From an uncultured Opitutales bacterium (lineage in GTDB: Bacteria > Verrucomicrobiota > Verrucomicrobiia > Opitutales > Intestinicryptomonadaceae), in contig CAKUIA010000020.1 of assembly GCA_934660865.1 (NCBI GenBank), positions 1-32,000 of the forward strand: a stretch of DNA of 32,000 nt, in the 5' to 3' direction. Both the position numbers and the translations under genes were made by a program. Positions within the stretch are counted from its first letter, which is position 1. Each line of letters starts with the position of its first letter. The notes under the pieces are model-generated. The model had not been told where the DNA came from. It saw only the letters and a list, made by a program, of their open reading frames with translations, and searched no databases. Below, piece after piece: positions 25,919 through 32,000 of this stretch.

Positions 25919-26323
25919 ATGCCTATCAAACACAGAACACCTAGAAGAAACGCAGTAAAGAGCGCAGAAACCAAGGCCGCCGCAAAAGCGACGACTGTTA
26001 AAAAAACCGCTGCTGCGGCAAAAAAGCCCGCAAAAGCTAAAAAATGCGATTGCACTTTGGGCGACGCAAAATTGACCATTGTTGTGGCCAAGATAGACGC
26101 CGGTTGGGGCAACAGCCTCTACATTAGGGGTCAGGGCGCGGGTCTTAGCTGGGACAAAGGCGTGCTAATGCAGTGCGTAGGCGACCAGGAATGGATTTGG
26201 GAAAAGAAAAACGTTAAGGAAAACTTCGAATTTAAATTCCTGCTTAACGACACCGTTTGGGCCGAAGGCGAAAACATTGCAGGCCAGCCCGACGAAATCC
26301 GCACATACTACCCCAAGTTCTAG
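25919..26323 (+). CDS. Small basic protein: Lys/Ala-rich histone-H1-like tail fused to a CBM20-like carbohydrate-binding fold
   Basis: 134 aa, with AGGA 8 nt upstream of the ATG. Residues 1-45 are PRRNAVKSAETKAAAKATTVKKTAAAAKKPAKAKK. Residues ~50-134, LTIVVAKIDAGWGNSLYIRGQGAGLSWDKGVLMQCVGDQEWIWEKKNVKENFEFKFLLNDTVWAEGENI, follow the starch-binding-domain pattern (G..(l/i)Y(v/i).G....L..W ... W ... (f/v)E(y/f)K(f/y)(i/l) ... W(a)E.g.N). Confidence 0.75.
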   Translation: MPIKHRTPRRNAVKSAETKAAAKATTVKKTAAAAKKPAKAKKCDCTLGDAKLTIVVAKIDAGWGNSLYIRGQGAGLSWDKGVLMQCVGDQEWIWEKKNVKENFEFKFLLNDTVWAEGENIAGQPDEIRTYYPKF

Positions 26324-26349
26324 TATCTGCACAAAATATTTACAAAAAC

Positions 26350-26391
26350 AAACCCCACGGGCTTTGCCGCCTGCGGGGTTTTTTGTTTTTT
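26350..26391 (+). terminator. Rho-independent terminator
   Basis: GC-rich hairpin CCCCACGGGC-TTTGCC-GCCTGCGGGG (one mismatch, one G:U) followed by TTTTTTGTTTTTT. Confidence 0.7.
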
Positions 26392-26499
26392 AAAAATTCC
26401 CGAAAAAAATCTTTGCGCATTAAGCTTTGCAAACTTGCGCGACAAAAATTTTTAAAGATTGCGCATTAAAGCGGCGCAAAAAAACGCCCTTAAAAAAGG

Positions 26500-27852
26500 C
26501 TACTTTTTAAACACGGCGTAGCCGGCGCCGTCGTTATCGGCGGCAGGCATAACTATGGCGCTTTCAATCAATTTTGCGCTTTTGGCAAATTCGGCAACGT
26601 TTTCGGTATTTTCAAGCGCGTCTATCGAGCACGTAGAATATACAATAACCCCGCCCTTTTTTACGAAATTAAGCGCCTTAAAAAACATCTGCCTTTGAAT
26701 TTCGGCACAGTTTTGTATGTCGGATTCGGTTAGGCGGTATCTGGCGTCGGCGCGGCGGCCAAGCACGCCCGTGTTCGAGCAGGGGGCGTCTAAAAACACA
26801 ATGTCGTATTGCAAAGGCAATGCCGAATCTTCAAGTTTGGCGGCCATATCGTCTTTTAACAAGTCGAACGCAACTTGCTTTGTTTTTAAATTGGAGAACT
26901 TGCGCACCGCAAAATTGGCCTTAAGCGTTTCGAACCTTTTGTTGGGCAAATCGCAACTTACCAAAAGCGAAGCCGTGTTTTTTTCGGCATTCTTTTGGTT
27001 TAAAATATCGGCAATATAGGCGCTTTTGCCGCCGGGGGCTGCGCACAAGTCTAAAACGTTTTGCCCCGCGCAAAAGGAAACCGCATTTACGGCAAAGCTT
27101 GTAGATGGGTCTTGCGCGTAGGCGTAGCCATTTTTAAGCATAAACAAAACGTCGTTAAACCTTTGGGGCTTTACGGCGTAAAAATCGGCAAAAGGCGTCG
27201 GCAAAAAGGCGTCTTTTGCCTGCAAAAAAGCGTTGTGCGCTTCCGGCGAACGCGCCAGCCTAAAATATACCGATTTTTGGGAATGAAAATCCTTTAAAAT
27301 TTTTAGCGTCTTTTCTTCGCCAAACTGCGCTTTAAAACGCTTTGCAAGCCATAGCGGCATTGAATACAACAAGGCATAATCTTCAATGTTTTTCGAATTT
27401 TTCCTTAAGGTATCCAAATAGTCCAAAAATTTTCTTTGGGCTGCATTTACAAGTTTGGATTCGGGCACGCTAAAGAGCGCCTTTGCCGAATTTACGGAAT
27501 AGTCGGCGCGCTTGCAGGCTTTATCGTATTGACAATCAACCAGTTGCGAGCACGCCATACACAGGTACGCATAAAGCTTGGCCTTAGGCTTTTTATGCAA
27601 AAAGCCGCCCAAAAAGTGTTCAGTAAGCCCTTTGTTTCGCAGAAAATCTAAAAAGATACATTGACAAACCCGCCTTTCTTCTGTGTTGTAGTGTATAGAA
27701 TTATAGTGAGTTGCTATAGCCGTATCGCTTTTGCCGCCGCGGTTAATGTGGTTCATTATCAACTCCAACGCCGACAATGCGGCTTTTTCGGCGGCGCAGT
27801 TTGCTCCGTTATTAAGGGCTTTGTTCATTTTCGGTTGAGGGAAAATGTACAA
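26500..27852 (-). CDS. rsmB: RsmB/NOL1/NOP2/Sun-family rRNA cytosine-C5 methyltransferase
   Basis: SAM motif DLCAAPGGKS. Catalytic region FLDAPCSNTGVLGRRADARY and the second Cys in VYSTCS. NusB-like N-terminal half. The start may be the ATG at 27828 (MNKALNNG). Confidence 0.85.
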   Translation of the reverse strand: MYIFPQPKMNKALNNGANCAAEKAALSALELIMNHINRGGKSDTAIATHYNSIHYNTEERRVCQCIFLDFLRNKGLTEHFLGGFLHKKPKAKLYAYLCMACSQLVDCQYDKACKRADYSVNSAKALFSVPESKLVNAAQRKFLDYLDTLRKNSKNIEDYALLYSMPLWLAKRFKAQFGEEKTLKILKDFHSQKSVYFRLARSPEAHNAFLQAKDAFLPTPFADFYAVKPQRFNDVLFMLKNGYAYAQDPSTSFAVNAVSFCAGQNVLDLCAAPGGKSAYIADILNQKNAEKNTASLLVSCDLPNKRFETLKANFAVRKFSNLKTKQVAFDLLKDDMAAKLEDSALPLQYDIVFLDAPCSNTGVLGRRADARYRLTESDIQNCAEIQRQMFFKALNFVKKGGVIVYSTCSIDALENTENVAEFAKSAKLIESAIVMPAADNDGAGYAVFKK

Positions 27853-27911
27853 AATTTTCCCGATTACAACAAAAAAATTTCAAAACAAACAAAAAATCGC
27901 AGGTAAAATAT

Positions 27912-29972
27912 ATGGAAGCATCGGCAGTAGCCACAATATTGGGAAAACACCCGAATCTCCAGTCGAAAAAGGAAAAGCTGGACATTCTAAAACAGGGAAC
28001 TTTCTGCATACACAACGCCTGGGGCATTGGTATGATAACGGCTCTAGACCCTGAAAGCAGCAGGGTTACTATAGACTTCGAAAACAAAAAAGGCCACTCG
28101 ATGGACATAGCCTTTTGCGTGGAAAAACTCCAGATTTTGGAAGACGACAACATTATTGTGCGCAACATAAAAGACAGGGCGGCCGTTGAAGGCGAAATGA
28201 AAAACCCCGCCGAATTTGTTAAGGCCATAATTTCGAAAAAGCCCGATTTGTCGATTAGCTCGATAGAGCTTGAACAGATTTTAACGAGACTTTTCGCCGA
28301 CGAAAAATCGTATAAAAACTGGTGGAAAGTTGCCAAGAAAGACCTTGAAAGAGACCCCTCTGTAGGGTGCCCCAAAAAGAAGAACGACCCGTATTTCCTC
28401 CGCGCCGAGCTAAAGACCCCCGAAAGCGAAGCATTGGAAGAATACATGCTTTATAGAGACCCGAAAAAGAAAATAGAACTGGCCGAAAAGCTGCACGCCG
28501 TTGCCGAAAACGTAGACGAAATTGCCGAAAAGCTGCCCGTAATAAGAGACGAGCTTACCGAGGCAATCAAAAAGGCAAAGGGTTTGACACAGGCCGACAG
28601 GCTTAGGGGCATTTGGGTAAGAAACGACTTTATCCGCGACATAGAGCGCAAAAAGTATATAAAGACCGCCGAAGACAAACTTAGCCCGGAACAGGCAAAG
28701 GAAATAGAAAACGAGCTTGAAAAGGTGGAACCGCGCTCGAAAGACATTTTGGCCGAAACCCGCGAAAAGAACGAAAAAGACGGTCTTAACATTTTGGCGC
28801 GCAACCTTTGCCCCGCCTATTACGAAAGGTTTTTGGACCTTCTTACAAGAACCTACGATTCGGAATGGAAAGACATTATAATAGACCTGCTAAAAAATTC
28901 CGAGGGCAGGTTTACAAACGAATGCGTAAACTTCCTTATAGGCAAAGACAGGCAGCAGTCCAGCAAATTTACGGGCGAAAACATCAACCTTGAAGCGACC
29001 GCCAAAACAAAGAAAATTACCGACGAAAACAGCTGCCAGCAGCTTGTAAAGGCGGCCTTCCAAAAATGGCTCGACGAACAGACTTTGCACGGCCCGGTAA
29101 TTCTCTGGATTGCCAAGAACAGAAGTTCCGACAAGCACAAGGCAATGCTTGCAAACCTTATAAACCACAAGCTGCTTAGCGCGCTTTTGGCCGCTATCGA
29201 CGAAGAAGCCCTGCTTAGCGACTCGAACCGCAAAATAGCCCTGGCCGAAGCCCTTAGCGAAGACAAGTCCCTTGTTTTAGACCTTTTGGCCGGCCGCGTT
29301 TTGACCGCCGACGAGCTTAAGAAAAAGAAAATTTCGCGCGACGAACGCTCGGCTTCCGACGAAACCGCAAGAGACTTGGCTCAAACATTGCTGCTTAACC
29401 AGGGCTTTGAAGACCTTACAAAAAAATCCATTTTGGCAAGGTTTATCAGGTATTCAAAAGACGTGCAGTCTCTCATATCGAGCGGGGCAAAGCAGGTGGA
29501 ACGCCTCTTTGTTTCGAAATGGAGCCTGCAGGCGCGCATGGAGGAACTCGACGACATCATCAAAAACCAGCAGCCCGCAAGCAAAAAGGCAATCGAAGCC
29601 GCACGCGAATTGGGCGACTTGCGCGAAAACTCCGAATACAAAATGGCGCGCGAACACGACGAAGTTCTTTCGGCTCGCAGAATGGAATTGGAAAGGGATA
29701 TTTCGATGGCCGAACCCATCGACTTTTCGCAGGTTTCGACAGACCGCGTAAACATCGGCTCGGTTGTTACATTGCAAGACCCCGACGGCAAGCAGCATGT
29801 ATACACAATCTTGGGCGCGTGGGATTCGGATACCGACAAAAACATATTCTCGTACAAGACGCCTATTGCCCAGGCCATGATGGAAAAGACCGTAGGCGAC
29901 ACATTCGAAACGAACGTGGAAGGCCACAAGACCTCCTACAAGATTTTGAAGATAGACCGCTACGTTCCCTAG
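27912..29972 (+). CDS. greA: GreA/GreB-family transcript cleavage factor with ~540-aa N-terminal extension
   Basis: The C-terminal ~140 aa are ELGDLRENSEYKMAREHDEVLSARRMELERDI (coiled-coil tip with acidic residues) plus VNIGSVVTLQDPDGKQHVYTILGAWDSDTDKNIFSYKTPIAQAMMEKTVGDTFE (the GreA C-terminal domain pattern). The N-terminal 540 aa are charged and helical-looking with no motif I recognise. Confidence 0.85.
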   Translation: MEASAVATILGKHPNLQSKKEKLDILKQGTFCIHNAWGIGMITALDPESSRVTIDFENKKGHSMDIAFCVEKLQILEDDNIIVRNIKDRAAVEGEMKNPAEFVKAIISKKPDLSISSIELEQILTRLFADEKSYKNWWKVAKKDLERDPSVGCPKKKNDPYFLRAELKTPESEALEEYMLYRDPKKKIELAEKLHAVAENVDEIAEKLPVIRDELTEAIKKAKGLTQADRLRGIWVRNDFIRDIERKKYIKTAEDKLSPEQAKEIENELEKVEPRSKDILAETREKNEKDGLNILARNLCPAYYERFLDLLTRTYDSEWKDIIIDLLKNSEGRFTNECVNFLIGKDRQQSSKFTGENINLEATAKTKKITDENSCQQLVKAAFQKWLDEQTLHGPVILWIAKNRSSDKHKAMLANLINHKLLSALLAAIDEEALLSDSNRKIALAEALSEDKSLVLDLLAGRVLTADELKKKKISRDERSASDETARDLAQTLLLNQGFEDLTKKSILARFIRYSKDVQSLISSGAKQVERLFVSKWSLQARMEELDDIIKNQQPASKKAIEAARELGDLRENSEYKMAREHDEVLSARRMELERDISMAEPIDFSQVSTDRVNIGSVVTLQDPDGKQHVYTILGAWDSDTDKNIFSYKTPIAQAMMEKTVGDTFETNVEGHKTSYKILKIDRYVP

Positions 29973-29993
29973 TTTTCAAAAAAACATTTAAAC

Positions 29994-30030
29994 AAAAAGA
30001 GCGCATTTTTATGCGCTCTTTTTGTTGTTA
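29994..30030. terminator. Bidirectional terminator between convergent greA-like and fic genes
   Basis: AAAAAGAGCGCAT-TTTT-ATGCGCTCTTTTT is a 13-bp perfect stem including A/T arms, so a U-tract follows on both strands. Confidence 0.75.
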
Positions 30031-30059
30031 TGTCGACATAGGCGACAATCTTTTAACGA

Positions 30060-31166
30060 CTACAAGCTCTCGGTAAGAGAAAGCAGGTCTTTTAGGTAAT
30101 ACACTGTTTTTGCACGCCCCGCCCCCTTTTCGTATACTGATATGATTTTTTTCTCCGACAATTTTTGCAGAAGATTATACATTGTAGCTTTCGAAGGCTT
30201 GCTGGAAACCTTTAGCGACGATTGCGTAAACATGGGGTTTGCAACCATCGCGTCTAGCAGTGGCACCGCATGTTGCGACGAAGTTGCGCCGATAATCTCC
30301 GACTTGGTTTTTTCGTAGTAGCCTATTATGTCTTTGGCAATTTTATAGTTTTTGTCGGCCTGCCATTTTATCGCGTCCAAGAAAAACTCTATCCACTGCG
30401 TCCAGTTGCCGAGGGCGGTTATGGCGCGCAAAGAGTCTTTATAGGCCATTTCGTTTTTATCCAAATATTGGCTTATATATAGCGACGGCGTTGCAATAAT
30501 ATTTTTCTTGTACAAAAACAAAGGAACAAGCATTCGCCCAAGTCTGCCGTTGCCGTCGCAAAACGGGTGTATTATCTCGAACTGCGCATGCAAAACGGCG
30601 GTTTGCGCCAAAAGGTCTTTGTCGTTTATGCAAAGGTAGTCTATAAAATTATCCATATATTCGGGCACAATAAGAGGGTCGGGCGGAACATAGCGCGCGT
30701 TTTCTATACCGCCGCTTTTCGAGCCTATATAGTTTTGAATTTCCCTTATTTTGCCAGGGCTTTTAGACTTGCCGCGAACGCCGTCCAATAAAATCGTGTG
30801 TAACTCCTTTATCAACGAAAGCGAAATCGAGCGGTTTTCCAACGATTCGGTACCGTGTATAAGAGCCTTTTTGTAGTTCAGAACTTCGTGAATATCGTCT
30901 TTTTTTTCTTCCGAATCGTCTCCTATGTTTGCCTGATATTTCAAAACGTCTATAGTATCGGCTTGCGTTCCCTCTATTTTGCTAGACAATACCGCTTCGT
31001 TGTCGACAAGCGGCGAAAGCAGCAAGTTGGCGTTTGGCATTACATTTAAAATGCCGTTAAAATTCGACACCGCTCTATTCGCCTCGCCCATTTTCGGTAC
31101 AAGACTAGTCCAATCTATAGAATTCAAGGGAAGTTTTTGCGGAATAAAAGGTTTCATTATACCCAT
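30060..31166 (-). CDS. Fic-family protein (class II, with intramolecular inhibitory helix) and C-terminal winged-helix-like domain
   Basis: Canonical Fic motif HPFCDGNGRLGRM. Upstream inhibitory motif SSKIEG ([ST]xxxE[GN]). Fic_N-like start MKPFIPQKLPLNSIDW. Start set at ATG 31166 (or 31157). The extension in the ORF track to 31241 would translate the upstream repeat array. Confidence 0.9.
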   Translation of the reverse strand: MGIMKPFIPQKLPLNSIDWTSLVPKMGEANRAVSNFNGILNVMPNANLLLSPLVDNEAVLSSKIEGTQADTIDVLKYQANIGDDSEEKKDDIHEVLNYKKALIHGTESLENRSISLSLIKELHTILLDGVRGKSKSPGKIREIQNYIGSKSGGIENARYVPPDPLIVPEYMDNFIDYLCINDKDLLAQTAVLHAQFEIIHPFCDGNGRLGRMLVPLFLYKKNIIATPSLYISQYLDKNEMAYKDSLRAITALGNWTQWIEFFLDAIKWQADKNYKIAKDIIGYYEKTKSEIIGATSSQHAVPLLDAMVANPMFTQSSLKVSSKPSKATMYNLLQKLSEKKIISVYEKGAGRAKTVYYLKDLLSLTESL

Positions 31167-31186
31167 AATATACAATAATCGGCGCT

Positions 31187-31406
31187 TTTGTGTCAAGCAA
31201 AAGGCGGTTTTGTTAGACACAAATATGCTTGTGTCTAACAAAAAGGGTTTTAATTAGACACAAAACATTTTGTTTCTAATTAAATAGACTCTATTGAATT
31301 TGTGTCTAACAAAAGTGCGTTTGGTTAGACACAAAGTATTTTGAGTCTAATAGAATAAACACTAGCAAGTTTGTGTCTAACAAAAGTGCGTTTGGTTAGA
31401 CACAAA
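31187..31406. repeat. Array of six inverted-repeat units GTGTCTAAC-N13-GTTAGACAC (three perfect, three degenerate) organised as ~71-bp tandem repeats
   Basis: Unit left arms start at 31190 (GTGTCAAG), 31231, 31271 (degenerate), 31302, 31342 (degenerate) and 31373. The 37-mer TTTGTGTCTAACAAAAGTGCGTTTGGTTAGACACAAA is identical at 31299..31335 and 31370..31406. The 71-bp copies 31228..31298 and 31299..31369 match at 52/71 positions in my hand alignment. Confidence 0.9.
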
Positions 31407-31449
31407 ATAAAATCGGGCGCGCAAAACTTTTAAACGGTTTTTGCAAAAA

Positions 31450-32000
31450 CTAAAGCAATTCTTTTACGGCTTCTTCGCCGCCCGAGCACATAATGTTGTA
31501 TACACAGTTCCTTAACACGCGCATTCTGTGGTGGTTGTCCAGCCTTTTTATAAGGGCTACGCTTGCTTTGCCGTCGCCCGCCATGGCGAATGCGGTTGCG
31601 GCATACATAACATAGTTTACCCTGTCGCGCTTTGTGTCTAAAAATTGCCTGTCGCTTAGCGAAAGCGCTTTGTAGTGCGCATACAGCGCCTCGCGCCCGT
31701 TTGCCTTTGCCACAAACGCATATAGCGGGAAAGTTGCATTATACCACTTTTCGCCGTTTTGCGTTATCGGGAAAACCCAAGCCGAGCCTATCGCCTTTTC
31801 CTCCGATTTTCTTATGTCGTCTTGGCTGTCGCTTTTCGGGAAAGAGTCGTAAAACCAAAACAAACACCAATACAGCGTTCTGGCCTCTTTGTCGAAATCG
31901 GCGCGTTTTGCAATCCAGCTTTTCCTTAAATAATCCATAAGCGGCCTGTTTTTTGTCTGCCAATAAAGCTCCAGCAATCTTTCGTTAGACCAACTCGACT
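31450..32000 (-). CDS. Hypothetical protein (5' end probably beyond the window)
   Basis: A 175-aa ORF from ATG 31977. The frame stays open upstream to the window edge (..SSWSNER-MLELYW). It is W/Y/F-rich with no recognisable motif, and it is on the same strand as, and upstream of, the fic gene. Confidence 0.5.
   Translation of the reverse strand, partial: SSWSNERLLELYWQTKNRPLMDYLRKSWIAKRADFDKEARTLYWCLFWFYDSFPKSDSQDDIRKSEEKAIGSAWVFPITQNGEKWYNATFPLYAFVAKANGREALYAHYKALSLSDRQFLDTKRDRVNYVMYAATAFAMAGDGKASVALIKRLDNHHRMRVLRNCVYNIMCSGGEEAVKELL

Noticed and set aside
25849-26112. 87-aa hydrophobic Ala-rich ORF antisense to the 134-aa gene
   Set aside because: It is the mirror image of the Lys/Ala-rich tail (GCx/AAR codons read backwards). 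The plus-strand gene has an RBS, a recognisable fold pattern and a terminator.
26413-26469. Direct repeat TTGCGCATTAA (26413 and 26459), with ATCTTT to its left at the first copy and the complementary AAGAT at the second
   Set aside because: There are only two short copies in an AT-rich 3'/3' intergenic region. They could form a weak AT-stem terminator for rsmB, but the evidence is too thin to call a regulatory site.
31187-31406. CRISPR array interpretation of the repeats upstream of fic
   Set aside because: The intervening sequences are repeated along with the core, the units are inverted-repeat operators with variable spacing (31-41 bp), only about 3 copies exist, and no cas genes are nearby.

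Overview
This is a chromosomal window of roughly 45-50% GC (judged by eye) with 19 confident protein genes and 2 tRNAs. It probably comes from a PVC-superphylum bacterium (Lentisphaerota, Verrucomicrobiota or Kiritimatiellota type). That guess rests on a PEP-CTERM sorting signal, an autotransporter-associated beta-strand repeat, a PilX_N/GspK-like giant protein and an N-terminally extended GreA. It is inferred from motifs only; no database search was possible.

The housekeeping content is:
- tRNA-Ala(CGC) and tRNA-Pro(GGG)
- glycogen phosphorylase, a rhomboid protease and a tail-specific protease
- a tightly packed minus-strand ispH-argC-argJ-argB-argD-argF-argG block
- folA and an RsmB-like methyltransferase

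Four regions are not ordinary:
1. 15.1-24.6 kb holds two very large surface-type proteins in tandem on the minus strand: a 1039-aa PEP-CTERM beta-helix protein and a 1893-aa protein with pseudopilin-like termini. A ~710-bp gene-free spacer separates them. The spacer is strongly C+A-rich on the plus strand, carries five CCCCAAAA motifs, G-quadruplex-capable tracts on the minus strand, an A15 run and a cluster of nested hairpins ending in a bidirectional terminator. It is a candidate ncRNA or long structured leader.
2. 30.1-31.4 kb holds a class II (autoinhibited) Fic protein. A 220-bp array of six GTGTCTAAC-N13-GTTAGACAC inverted-repeat units sits directly upstream of its start.
3. A 686-aa GreA-family protein has a ~540-aa N-terminal extension.
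4. A small protein joins a Lys/Ala-rich histone-H1-like tail to a CBM20-like fold.

There are also two probable gene remnants: a frameshifted membrane protein and a 5'-truncated EEP-family nuclease/phosphatase. I found no CRISPR array, integrase, transposase or phage genes.
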